Shown here: piece after piece, positions 35,446-45,818 of the stretch
Numbering within the stretch: position 1 is the first letter of the stretch
How the letters are laid out: each line of letters begins with the position of its first letter
Source: a virus
Taxonomy: Duplodnaviria; Caudoviricetes
Length of the DNA stretch: 49,268 nucleotides
Strand: one strand, 5' to 3'
Virus record (IMG/VR): IMGVR_UViG_3300032307_000123
Coordinates: 1 to 49,268 of that record
Notes under the pieces: model-generated
The model's input: the letters and a program-made list of their open reading frames with translations, nothing else
The model's database searches: none
What the model was told of the DNA's origin: nothing
Program-made: the position numbers and the translations under genes

Positions 35446-38292
35446 ATGCAAACAAAAGAATTCTTACAACAAGTATGGCCTGAGACAGGATATTATTGTA
35501 TCCTTGGTAAAGACCAACAAAATGTAGTAGTTCCAAAGTTTATAGAGACAATAGAAGAAGCAGTAACCGCAGTAAATAGATTATTAGAAGATCAACAAGA
35601 TGTTTACTTTGCATGTTCAACATACATTGAGCCTACAGAAAGAAAAAAGGTCAATGCTAAAGAACAACGTATTCTATGGTTAGATATAGATTGTGGCTTT
35701 GATTCTAAAAAGCGTAAATGGAAAGACTACGAAACCAAAGATGATGCTCTAAAAGCATTACGTAAATTCACAGATGATACTCAACTACCCGAGCCAACCA
35801 TTGTTGATTCAGGTCGAGGTGTTCATTGTTATTGGCCTTTTACAGAACCCGTAGATAAAGCTATATGGCAACCCGTTGCTGAAGGATTAAAGTTCTTATG
35901 TGTTAAACATGGACTTAAAGCTGATGGCGCATGCACTGCTGATATGGCTCGTATCTTACGAGTTCCTGGTACAAAAAATTATAAAGATGTTAGCAAGCCT
36001 GAAGATGTAGTAGTTATCAATCAAGGTAAACCTACTCCATTTGATGAGTTAGCAAGTCTTATTCCTATACATGTATCAGATAAACCTAAAGCTAAACGTC
36101 CACTAGATGAAGCTACTAAAGCAATCTTAGGTAACAATTCATCTAAGTTTATGAAGATCATTGAACGTTGCCGTAAAGACGATGGTTGTGGTCAACTCAT
36201 TCATATCATGACTAAACAAGCTACCATTGAAGAACCTCTATGGAGATCAGGTCTATCTATTGCTGCATATTGTGAAGACTCTGAAGCTGCAATACACAAC
36301 ATATCTAAACATCATCCTGATTATGATTATGCTAGAACAGAAGCTAAAGCTAGTGGTATTCCAGGTCCTCATACATGTAAACAATTTGAAGGCTTACGTC
36401 CTGAAGGTTGTGATGGATGTAAACATAAAGGTAAGATTACTTCTCCTATTGAATTAGGTAGAGTTATTCTACGTTCTAAAGGTGCAGATAACGTTGTTAA
36501 AGCTAAGTCCGAAGAACTAGGACAAGAAGTTACATATCATATTCCTGATTACCCATTCCCTTATTTCAGAGGTAAGAATGGTGGTATCTATAAAACTGTA
36601 GCTGAAGAAGATGAAGAAGCTATCATGGTCTACGATTATGATTTTTATCTTGTTGAGATTCTACATGATCAAGCCGCAGGTTTCTGTGCATGGTTTAAAA
36701 TGCACCTACCATTTGATGGTGTCCAAGAATTTATAGCACCTGTAACACAACTACTATCTCGTGATGAAGCACGTAAAGTTCTTAATGCCACAGGTATATT
36801 TAGAAATGGTAAGAAGCTAGATTATGTTATTGATTACATCATAGCTGTGTTAGAAGCGCATCAAAAACAAAAGAAAGCTACACCTATGTATAAACAATAT
36901 GGGTGGAACGCAGCATTTAATAAAATTGTTATAGGTAATCGTGAGATCAGTGCATTTGGTGTTAAGTATGTTCCTGTATCTGAAGCCTTGAAAGATGTAA
37001 ACCCTGCACTACAAAAGAAAGGCACATTTGAAGAATGGAAGAAAGCCATATCTGTTTATGAAAGACCTGGTATGGAATTACGTGCATTTGGTTTCTTCTG
37101 TGCATTTGGTTCATTACTCATGCCATTCTTTAGAACTAGAGAAAAGTCAGCAGTTATAAATTTATATAACCCTAGCACAGGACAAGGTAAGTCAACAGTA
37201 TTACAGGCTATGACTAGCGTATATGGTAATCCTGAAATGAATGCTAATCTTATTCAAGTATGGGGTGATACAGGTAATGCCGTAATTAATCGTATGGGTT
37301 ACATGAATAACTTACCTGCAGCAGTTGATGAGTTTACTAAAGTAACACCTGATCAACTACATGACTTCCTAAAGTTTATGTCAACAGGTCGTGGTAAAAA
37401 TAGATTAGGTAGTAGTGGCACAAACAGAGAAAGACAGAACGATACAATCTTTAATTTGATTTGCGTAGTATCTTCTAATACAGACTTTAGAACAGTTATC
37501 TTTTCAAAGAATGCTCAAGCTAGTGGTGAGATGGCTCGCTTCTTACAAATAAGAATTGAGAAAGATCATTCATTATCTAAGTCAGAAGCAGATGAATACT
37601 TTGGTCGATTGTTTGATAACTATGGCCATGCAGGTGAAATCTATGCTCAATGGATTATATCTAATTTAGATATTGTAAAGGCTTCTTTATTAGAAACACA
37701 AAAGAGTATTGATAAGGCATGGAATATTACAGGCGAAGACCGCAAGTATTCTGCAACATTAGCAGCTGTATTCTTAGGTGCTCAAATTGCTAAACAATTA
37801 GGCATACATAATATTGATTTAGAACCTGTTAAACGTGCTATTAAACTAGAATTAGAGAAGTCAAGAATAGAAATTAAGGCTCGTGATTTTGATGCTATGG
37901 AAACATTAACTGCATTCTTACATGAAAACTTAAAGAACACTTTAGTTATTAATAGTAAAACAGATTCACGAACAGGATTGCTAGAAGCTCCTTTATTAAA
38001 ACCAATCAATGAGTTACGAGTCAGAATTGAGCCTGATACTAACACTATTTTTATACCTTGCGGTATAATGCGCTCACATTTAGAAGAGAACGGCAACGTT
38101 TCTTATGATGATTTTATTAATAAGTTACGAGAAAATAAAGTTCTTAGACCTAGATCAGGTGAAAGTAAAGTAATGCATAAAGGTTTAGATATTAGTGGTT
38201 CAGGACAAAGATGTCTATGGATTGATAATTCAACCTTTGACGAAATTAAGACTAACAACTTACCATTGGACATACCACGAAGTGTTAACTAA
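35446..38292 (+). CDS. Primase-helicase (RepB/AEP-like primase + Cys cluster + DUF927-like helicase)
   Basis: WLDID; SGRGVHCYW; RILRVPGT; CxxC cluster; Walker A STGQGKST; AVDE. Confidence 0.85.
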   Translation: MQTKEFLQQVWPETGYYCILGKDQQNVVVPKFIETIEEAVTAVNRLLEDQQDVYFACSTYIEPTERKKVNAKEQRILWLDIDCGFDSKKRKWKDYETKDDALKALRKFTDDTQLPEPTIVDSGRGVHCYWPFTEPVDKAIWQPVAEGLKFLCVKHGLKADGACTADMARILRVPGTKNYKDVSKPEDVVVINQGKPTPFDELASLIPIHVSDKPKAKRPLDEATKAILGNNSSKFMKIIERCRKDDGCGQLIHIMTKQATIEEPLWRSGLSIAAYCEDSEAAIHNISKHHPDYDYARTEAKASGIPGPHTCKQFEGLRPEGCDGCKHKGKITSPIELGRVILRSKGADNVVKAKSEELGQEVTYHIPDYPFPYFRGKNGGIYKTVAEEDEEAIMVYDYDFYLVEILHDQAAGFCAWFKMHLPFDGVQEFIAPVTQLLSRDEARKVLNATGIFRNGKKLDYVIDYIIAVLEAHQKQKKATPMYKQYGWNAAFNKIVIGNREISAFGVKYVPVSEALKDVNPALQKKGTFEEWKKAISVYERPGMELRAFGFFCAFGSLLMPFFRTREKSAVINLYNPSTGQGKSTVLQAMTSVYGNPEMNANLIQVWGDTGNAVINRMGYMNNLPAAVDEFTKVTPDQLHDFLKFMSTGRGKNRLGSSGTNRERQNDTIFNLICVVSSNTDFRTVIFSKNAQASGEMARFLQIRIEKDHSLSKSEADEYFGRLFDNYGHAGEIYAQWIISNLDIVKASLLETQKSIDKAWNITGEDRKYSATLAAVFLGAQIAKQLGIHNIDLEPVKRAIKLELEKSRIEIKARDFDAMETLTAFLHENLKNTLVINSKTDSRTGLLEAPLLKPINELRVRIEPDTNTIFIPCGIMRSHLEENGNVSYDDFINKLRENKVLRPRSGESKVMHKGLDISGSGQRCLWIDNSTFDEIKTNNLPLDIPRSVN

Positions 38293-38476
38293 CGGCGTAG
38301 ATTATCAGATAGATTGGCCTGCCTTTGTACCAGGCTCGTCTATCTTTATACCTGCTATTGATACAGAATCAGCTATTAAAGCTATACAAAAAGAAAGTGA
38401 ACGACTAGAGTTTCAGTACGTTCACAAAATTGTTATAGAAGATGGAGTAAAAGGTGTTAGAGTTTGGCGATTATAA
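38282..38476 (+). CDS. Small hypothetical protein
   Basis: WPAFVPGSSIFIP...GVRVWR; GTG start; converges on the large gene at TTATAA. Confidence 0.6.
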   Translation: MLTNGVDYQIDWPAFVPGSSIFIPAIDTESAIKAIQKESERLEFQYVHKIVIEDGVKGVRVWRL

Positions 38477-41400
38477 GCCAGCTTCTTTTCTTACTTTTTG
38501 AATATATTTAGCTTGCCCACCCTTAAATTCTTCTAGGTGATCAAGCATGTTAACTTCTTCTTGTCTAATAAACCTAATTTTTTGTTGTTTTTCATCAGGT
38601 GACATATATTTATCTTCAAGAACAGAGCGTTCCATTCTTCTAAGTTGAGATAAGTATTTACCTAAATCATCAATCAATCCTTTTCTGACGATTAATTCAC
38701 GTTTATTATCTTTCTCTAAATAAGCTTGAGTTTCTTCAGGTCCTCTAAATTGTTGCTTATCTTTATAAGTAGCATAGGCACGATCTACTTCATCTCTTAA
38801 TTCATAGTAATCATTTTTAGCACGAGTACCAAATTCTTTAGCTATAAAGGCTGAAGTACCAGGTAACTCTGAAATGTAATCTTGAACTGATTTAGAAGGT
38901 AATATATCACCTCTCATATCTGCCATCATAGGATTAGTAGCCATTCTAATTAAGCCTGCAGTATAACCTAAATAGCCATCTAAGAAGTGATCCCACTTCA
39001 TAGGAGAAGTACCTGTGTAATCACCCAATACTTTAGCTAGTTCAGATGTTCTTGCAGTGTATTGCATTTCTTCATCTTTACCTGCTACACCTGTACCAGC
39101 AATAGGTCTACCTGTAAACATATCATAGTTATAAGCTAACTCACCAACAGTTTTTAAGGCTTGAGGATAAGGTGAAGGTCCTGTAACTGCATTAGCTAAT
39201 GCACCGCCTAATGATTTCCACATCTTAGTTGCATCTTCATCTTCTTTAATAAATCTATGATACACATGTTCAGGAATTACTTTTGTTATTAATGATGCTA
39301 AATCAGGACGTACAGGAATACTCATACCACCTGTACCAGGGAATACAAATCTTCTATCACGAATTGATGGATCTAGTTTTTCATAATCGTCATCATCAGC
39401 AGTTAACGCAGCATAGAAGAAGCTTAATATCATAGTCTTCATCATAGTGTTTCTTAAAACTTTATATGCTTCAGCTCTTTGAGAAGGTGCAATACCTCTA
39501 CCTGTAGCTATTTTCATCATGACATTCATAGATTGTAAGTAAGCACCAAAGAACGTAATGACTTGACGACCTACTGATACTAACTTATTAGAACCTGTAC
39601 GTCTAAAGTTAATAACTTCAAAGGCACGCTCTGTAGCTAAGGCTTTATCCCCTGTTTCTTTCATTGTCTGTGCATAGATAGCTTGACGAATGACATTATC
39701 AGAAGCCATAGAGAATTTTTGTAAGGGGTTTTTAATATAGCGATCAAAGAAGCCAGGTTTCTTCATACCTGCAGCTATCTCTGCATCTAGTTTACTTACT
39801 TCAGCTGAGTAATCTCTAATACCTACAGCACCTACACTCTTTAATTGTTTTCTAGCTTCGCTTACCCCTGTTGATGTTTTAATAATTTCTTTCATAACTT
39901 CTAATGGTATGCCAAATGGATTTTGAACACCTGAAGTAACCATCGCACTATACGCATCTTGGAATACTTGAGATACAGAGAAGAGTGGGTAAAGTACAAT
40001 GTTTTGTCTTAAGATGTTTGCAATCTTAGCTAGTTTAGGGAACATAGGTAAGGCAACTGTTTCCATACCAGTAAATGCTTTAACAAACAATGGATCATTA
40101 AATTTGTATTTAGTAAGCCCACCATTTTGCCAGATAGCAATAGTGTTTTCTCTAGGACTTGATACACCTGAAGGTATCTTAGTTACTTCATCTTCTAAAT
40201 AAGTATCCGCTGCTTTAACTAAATTTTGTGCAGTTTTATTGTTGATACCTTTTCTGATAACATAGGTAATCCATCGTTCCATGTTATCAAATACGTTATT
40301 AACAGGTTGATTGCTACCTTTAAATTTAGGATCAGTTAACGCTCTATCTAATAAACCACGTGTATATTCTTTAGGGCCTTCTTTTTGTTCTATTTGTTCT
40401 ACACGATAGAACGGCACATAGTCCATTACATCTAATAGTGCTTCTATTTGATCTTCAGAATATAGACCAGAGTCAACACCAAATTTTAATACTTTTGCAC
40501 GAATGCCATTCCATTGATCTACTATCTTATTTAATTCAGGTATCTCATCAAATAATTTAAGACCAGCATTGATTTCTTTTGTAGTCATGTGGATATGTTT
40601 ATAGTTGTTATCCCACATACGTTTAGCTTCTTTATCTTTGCCTTCAACTAATAAGTCAACTACATCTTCTTTCAATTCTCTGTTGTAGTCTTTTAGACCT
40701 TTTAATCGTTGTGCAATCATAGCTACGTGTGCATACTGTTCCATCTTTTCATAAGGAACACCATACTTATCTGCTAAAGTCTTTACAGTCTGCATCATAG
40801 ACTTCCAGCTATCTTTAGCTTTACTTACCACATATTTACTTAATGTTGGATCATAAGCAATATTGCCATCTTCTAAAAACTGATGAGCAGGTGCTTCAGC
40901 ATGTAATGCTTGAGAAGTACTAATAGAATACATAACTTTCTTAGTTTCATCCCATGATTTATCTTCTTCTAAACCACGCCTAATCGCATTACTTAACGCT
41001 GCATCTGATGAGAAGAAATTAGTTTCGGCTTTGTCTAAGAAACGTTGGAATCCTTTCATTTTGTTTTTGGCAAACTGTGCAGGATCATCTTTAAATTCTT
41101 GGAACGCTTTTGTTTCTTCAGCTTTCTCTGTTTTAATATTAGTATCTTTAACTAGTTTATCTAGACGATCTACTTTTTCTCTTGAATATAGTTTTTCTTG
41201 AGGACCAAATTCAGGAATAGTAGCAGTACCTATTTGACGTGTGCCTGTAAATAAGTCAGGCGTTACACTAATAATGTCACTTAATAGGGTGTTAGATATA
41301 TCACCTAAGTTTAATAGTTGTTTAACGGAGTTAACAAAGTCTGACCATAAGGTACTTGTTGGAGGAGCGTCAGGTATAACACTTCGTTCACCTGCTAAGA

Positions 41401-44400
41401 ATTTTTGGAAGGCTTCATTGTTATATGCATTCGCAATAAACTCATCCATGTTTAGGAAAGCTTCACCAAAGTCTAGTTCTTGTTGCATAGCAGCTACTTC
41501 AGCTGCATCAAATATATCCACCATTTTTTGACCTTGTGGTGTACGTGCTATAGGTCTACCATTCTTCATGGTAACGTGTTTTTTTAATTCTATTGTAGTG
41601 GCACTATGTGTCGCTTCGTGGAATATTGTATCTACACCTGCATCAGGACTAATAGTAGTTTTATTTTGAAGTGGTGCATATGAACCATATTCACCTTTCT
41701 CCATACCCATAACTTTATAGGTACCTTTAACTACGTTAGGTAGTTTAGATATAACATTGAGTAATACTTTTTGAACAGGGTTTAATTTATCAAAGTGTTG
41801 ATTCTTTAATATAGTTAAGGCTTGACCTAGTGTTTTAGCAGGCTTAGTTGTGTTAACAATTGCCTTACCTTCAGGCGTGCCTTCTAAGGTTGATTGTAAA
41901 GAGTCAATAGTAGATTTAACTTGTGCAGCATTAAAAGCAACAATCTCACTTAATTCACCATTTTTATATTGAACAATACCATCGTATCCTTGTTTTTGAG
42001 CACGAGACATAACTTCTTTAGATATGTAACCTTTTTCTTCATAAGCTTTTTCAACTATATCAGCTGCTTTTTCTTCAGCTACACCTAGTTGAATAAGAGC
42101 TTGAATCATAGGATCACCCTTACCCATTTCAGTATATATAACTAATGGGTTTTTAATATTAGTTATTACAGGAAGAACATTTCCGCCCTCTGCTTCAGCA
42201 TACCTACTAGCAAAAGCAGGATCAGGAGTTAAGTAAATTCCAGCACCTAACGAACCATCTTTACTTGATCTTAAATTCTTTACATCTTTATTAGTACCAT
42301 GATAGAGTTTTAAAGGAGCTCCTGTATCATCAATTAGTTTAGAGCCTTCAAACCACTGAGTTAATTCAGGTGAAAGTACACGACTAAATAATTTATCTTC
42401 TCGACCCTCAAGAAACTCATCTTGCAAATCTTTAACTTCTTCTTCAGGTAATGTTTTAAGAGCACCCTCTGCTTTAGAAATCTTTTTACCTTCTGCTTCA
42501 AGTGCTTTCTTCTCTTGAGGTGTCATCTTAACTTTAAACTCATCATAGAGATTACTTAAAGTTATATAGTCACGTGCTTGTTGATTTAATTCTGCACGTT
42601 CAGTATCAATGACGTTAGGATTTCTTAAATCTTCTATGAGGTATCTTGGAGGATCTTTGAGTGCTGATAATACATTAGATAAGTTTCTAGACTGCTTAAC
42701 AACAGGCAGTGTAGGTGATACTTTCTTAGCAAGTGCTTTTAGTTTAGATTCATATTTGGAATATTCAGTAGCCGCTGTATCTTTAAGCATCTGAATATAT
42801 CGTGTTCTAGCTTCATAACGTAAGTTAGGATTAGGATCATTGAGTAACTCTATTGTAGATAGGAGTCTTTCACGTCCTTGTGGTTGTGTAGGTTTAGCTA
42901 GAGCTTCTTCACCTTTTAAAACTTCTGTAGCTTGAGGTGCTAGTGGAGCTGGCTTTCGCTTTGTTCCTGCAATAGGTTGTCCAGCATCACTCCGAGTAGT
43001 GTCCACTCCTGCAAGCTCACGTCCTTCAACTCTTCCGGCGTCTTCACGTACTCGTTTGGATTCATCAAGTGCTCGAACGCGAGCTCTATCTGCTTCACTT
43101 CTAGTTTTAAGTTGTATGGGTTTTCCACCTTCAGTCTCCTTTTCGGGTGTTGGCTGTTTAGCTAATTCTACCACAGGTGGTAGAGAGGCTTTATAATTTG
43201 CAAATGCTTCTTCGTTTACTTTTGTAGGGTTATTTTCGGCAACTTGATCAAGCAGTGTACGAGTTTCTTCCGTAGATATATCTTTGCCTATTAATGCTTT
43301 AAATGCATTAGTAGATTTTCTGAATCCCAACGAAGTTAACGTAGCTTCATCGAGTATACTTGAAGGCTCCATCTCTTCTTCAATAGGTTCAGCAATAGGT
43401 TTAGCTTTTGCTTGTAATCGCTTAGCCTTGATAGTTTCGGCTTGATCTTTGATTTGATCGAACAGACCCGCTTTAACATCTTCACGACTAGGTTGTTTAG
43501 CAACTGTATCTTCTATGTCATCGCTTAGTACTTTATCTTTAGCTTTGTTAACTTCTTTGATTTCATTAGTAACTGATTTAACTTCTTTATATTTATTGTA
43601 TGCGCCAGCTGCACCACCAAGACCTGAACCCACTGCTAATGCACCCCATCCAGCTTCAAAGTATTCTCTGTTAGCTTCGTCACCACTTAGTGATAAACCT
43701 GCTTGATAACGTTCAGCAGCTTGCTCTAATACTTCAGTAGGTACTTCAGAGATACCTTTAATCGCACCGACACCAGCACCTTTAGCAACTTGTAAACCTT
43801 TTCTTTCTGCAAGTTCTTTAACAACTGCTTCACCTGCTTTTACTCCACCTTTACCTAAACCTAAAGTAAATCTATCAACTACATAACCTAATGGTGCAGT
43901 AATAGCTGCCCATGTCTTAGCTTTAACAGGATCTAATTCTTGAGGAGCATTTTTTTCTAGTGCTTGACGTTCCATAAAGTGTCCATATTGTTGAACACCA
44001 TAAGTACCAATACCAACAGCAGCACCAATAAAAGGAGCAGCAATACCTGTTGGAGCAGCTAATGCCGTAGCAGCGTAACCTGTTAATAAAGGCACTGCCA
44101 TTTCAGGACCTGACTTAAGAATTTGTTCTACAATATATGAAGGTACTTTCATACCTGCAGGGAGAATACCTTTTTCTTCGGCAATACGTTGAATATCAGC
44201 GGCAGATAAAGTTTGAACTGCTGGAGGTTGTTGACCTGTTGCTTTAATTTCTTGCATTTTAGCAGCTGCAGCTGCCATGTCTTGATCAGTAGCAGCGCTA
44301 CCTAATTCTATACCACGTTTAACTCCACCAAAAGATTCAATACCTTCTGTTAAAGCTTGTTTAGCTCTAGCAAAAAAACCCGCATCTTCAGGTTTAGTTT

Positions 44401-44548
44401 CGGTTGTAACAGTGGGAGATATACCTAACTCTTCAGGTGTGAATTCTTTTTTGACTGCTGTGGTAGAAGATAAACCTAATTCTTCAGGTGTAAATTCCTG
44501 TGGTGTACTAGGAAGCCCTAGTTCTTCAGGTGTGAATTCTTGCGCCAT
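38471..44548 (-). CDS. Large polyvalent/ejection protein (ART-like domain, metallopeptidase, LPD38-like C-terminus)
   Basis: 2025 aa; LYHGT...GIYLT...GYDGI...EIVAF (ART-like); IFHEATH...EFIA (zincin); C-terminal NYDMFTGRPI...GYLG. Confidence 0.75.
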   Translation of the reverse strand: MAQEFTPEELGLPSTPQEFTPEELGLSSTTAVKKEFTPEELGISPTVTTETKPEDAGFFARAKQALTEGIESFGGVKRGIELGSAATDQDMAAAAAKMQEIKATGQQPPAVQTLSAADIQRIAEEKGILPAGMKVPSYIVEQILKSGPEMAVPLLTGYAATALAAPTGIAAPFIGAAVGIGTYGVQQYGHFMERQALEKNAPQELDPVKAKTWAAITAPLGYVVDRFTLGLGKGGVKAGEAVVKELAERKGLQVAKGAGVGAIKGISEVPTEVLEQAAERYQAGLSLSGDEANREYFEAGWGALAVGSGLGGAAGAYNKYKEVKSVTNEIKEVNKAKDKVLSDDIEDTVAKQPSREDVKAGLFDQIKDQAETIKAKRLQAKAKPIAEPIEEEMEPSSILDEATLTSLGFRKSTNAFKALIGKDISTEETRTLLDQVAENNPTKVNEEAFANYKASLPPVVELAKQPTPEKETEGGKPIQLKTRSEADRARVRALDESKRVREDAGRVEGRELAGVDTTRSDAGQPIAGTKRKPAPLAPQATEVLKGEEALAKPTQPQGRERLLSTIELLNDPNPNLRYEARTRYIQMLKDTAATEYSKYESKLKALAKKVSPTLPVVKQSRNLSNVLSALKDPPRYLIEDLRNPNVIDTERAELNQQARDYITLSNLYDEFKVKMTPQEKKALEAEGKKISKAEGALKTLPEEEVKDLQDEFLEGREDKLFSRVLSPELTQWFEGSKLIDDTGAPLKLYHGTNKDVKNLRSSKDGSLGAGIYLTPDPAFASRYAEAEGGNVLPVITNIKNPLVIYTEMGKGDPMIQALIQLGVAEEKAADIVEKAYEEKGYISKEVMSRAQKQGYDGIVQYKNGELSEIVAFNAAQVKSTIDSLQSTLEGTPEGKAIVNTTKPAKTLGQALTILKNQHFDKLNPVQKVLLNVISKLPNVVKGTYKVMGMEKGEYGSYAPLQNKTTISPDAGVDTIFHEATHSATTIELKKHVTMKNGRPIARTPQGQKMVDIFDAAEVAAMQQELDFGEAFLNMDEFIANAYNNEAFQKFLAGERSVIPDAPPTSTLWSDFVNSVKQLLNLGDISNTLLSDIISVTPDLFTGTRQIGTATIPEFGPQEKLYSREKVDRLDKLVKDTNIKTEKAEETKAFQEFKDDPAQFAKNKMKGFQRFLDKAETNFFSSDAALSNAIRRGLEEDKSWDETKKVMYSISTSQALHAEAPAHQFLEDGNIAYDPTLSKYVVSKAKDSWKSMMQTVKTLADKYGVPYEKMEQYAHVAMIAQRLKGLKDYNRELKEDVVDLLVEGKDKEAKRMWDNNYKHIHMTTKEINAGLKLFDEIPELNKIVDQWNGIRAKVLKFGVDSGLYSEDQIEALLDVMDYVPFYRVEQIEQKEGPKEYTRGLLDRALTDPKFKGSNQPVNNVFDNMERWITYVIRKGINNKTAQNLVKAADTYLEDEVTKIPSGVSSPRENTIAIWQNGGLTKYKFNDPLFVKAFTGMETVALPMFPKLAKIANILRQNIVLYPLFSVSQVFQDAYSAMVTSGVQNPFGIPLEVMKEIIKTSTGVSEARKQLKSVGAVGIRDYSAEVSKLDAEIAAGMKKPGFFDRYIKNPLQKFSMASDNVIRQAIYAQTMKETGDKALATERAFEVINFRRTGSNKLVSVGRQVITFFGAYLQSMNVMMKIATGRGIAPSQRAEAYKVLRNTMMKTMILSFFYAALTADDDDYEKLDPSIRDRRFVFPGTGGMSIPVRPDLASLITKVIPEHVYHRFIKEDEDATKMWKSLGGALANAVTGPSPYPQALKTVGELAYNYDMFTGRPIAGTGVAGKDEEMQYTARTSELAKVLGDYTGTSPMKWDHFLDGYLGYTAGLIRMATNPMMADMRGDILPSKSVQDYISELPGTSAFIAKEFGTRAKNDYYELRDEVDRAYATYKDKQQFRGPEETQAYLEKDNKRELIVRKGLIDDLGKYLSQLRRMERSVLEDKYMSPDEKQQKIRFIRQEEVNMLDHLEEFKGGQAKYIQKVRKEAGL

Positions 44549-44549
44549 A

Positions 44550-45815
44550 TTAAGTTATTTTTTCGTAGTTCCCATTAGGAAGTTTTCTAAAAGTACCTTT
44601 ACCTGGAACAGTTACAGTACCATCAGGATTAGTTATAGGACCATTCATAGCAGGCGCAGCGGGTTTTGTAGCTGTAGCAGTTGGACCAAATGCACCTTCA
44701 GTATCACCCATAAGAAGCTTTAGATTCTTTTCAAAGTATTGTTTTTTAACAAGTGATTCTTTAGCTGCACCATCAGGACCTGAGAACTCAACTTTTCTAG
44801 CAGCATCTGGGTAATCTTTTTCGAATTCTTTTTGAGCATTATCTTTTGCTTTGTCAAATATTTCGTAAGCTTTACCTGATTTATCTGCACGTGCTTTGTA
44901 TCCTGCAATGCGAACAGATGTTTCAAGTTCAGCATTTTTAAGACCGATTTCAGTATTAATTTTATCTCTATCGTCAATAGCTTTCATAGCTGCAGAAGCA
45001 TCACCACGTGCTTGAGCTTGTTGAGCTTCAAGAGTTTTTCTATCAGCCATTTTGTACATGCTGTTAATTTCTCTTTGAGTTTTACCCATAGAACCAATAA
45101 TAGAACCTGCTTTTTCACCACCCTTTGCTAATGCTCCACCAAAAGTAGGAGTTCCTGCAAAAGCACTTCCGTAAGTTAATAGTAATTGAGCAACATCCAT
45201 TTTTTTAGCGTCTTCTAATTCTTTGAGTCTTTCTTCTTTACTTTCTGCTAAAGTCTTTTTATAAAATTCTGGATCAACACCTAATTGTTGTTGAGCTTGT
45301 TGTTGTCTAATTATATAGTCATCAAGAGTTATACTTTCTCTAGGTTTCATTAAAGCTGCTTGTGCATCTTTATAATAGCTAGGATCATATTTAAATGGAT
45401 CAGTATATGATGGACCACCATAAGCATAATGTTTAACTGGACCGCCATCATCAAATGCTACAATACCACCAGTAGCATAATTGTTTTCATCATACATATC
45501 ACCAGTATCAAGATCAGCTAGACCACCTTGTGCCATAGCTTGCATGGGCATTTCTGGTGGAGGAGCCATAGCTTCCATCATAGGTTGAGCTTCAGGTAAT
45601 GCAGAAATACCTGGTTGTGCTTCTTGAACTAAATCTTCAGCTACAGTTTTTTCTTCAGGTTTATTAGCTTGATAACTATTACGCATTTCTTTTCTGCGTT
45701 GTAATTCACTTAAAGCTAAATAAGTAGGTACTTGTCCTGTAGGATTTTGTACATATCCTACTAGTGTATCGTCTGGAACACCTTTTAACTGATTTTGTAT
45801 TTTAATAATATTCAT
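44550..45815 (-). CDS. Internal virion/ejection protein
   Basis: Gln/Ala-rich helical protein; MAQGG, YATGG, FDDGG, YAYGG motifs. Confidence 0.65.
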   Translation of the reverse strand: MNIIKIQNQLKGVPDDTLVGYVQNPTGQVPTYLALSELQRRKEMRNSYQANKPEEKTVAEDLVQEAQPGISALPEAQPMMEAMAPPPEMPMQAMAQGGLADLDTGDMYDENNYATGGIVAFDDGGPVKHYAYGGPSYTDPFKYDPSYYKDAQAALMKPRESITLDDYIIRQQQAQQQLGVDPEFYKKTLAESKEERLKELEDAKKMDVAQLLLTYGSAFAGTPTFGGALAKGGEKAGSIIGSMGKTQREINSMYKMADRKTLEAQQAQARGDASAAMKAIDDRDKINTEIGLKNAELETSVRIAGYKARADKSGKAYEIFDKAKDNAQKEFEKDYPDAARKVEFSGPDGAAKESLVKKQYFEKNLKLLMGDTEGAFGPTATATKPAAPAMNGPITNPDGTVTVPGKGTFRKLPNGNYEKIT

Positions 45816-45818
45816 GTT

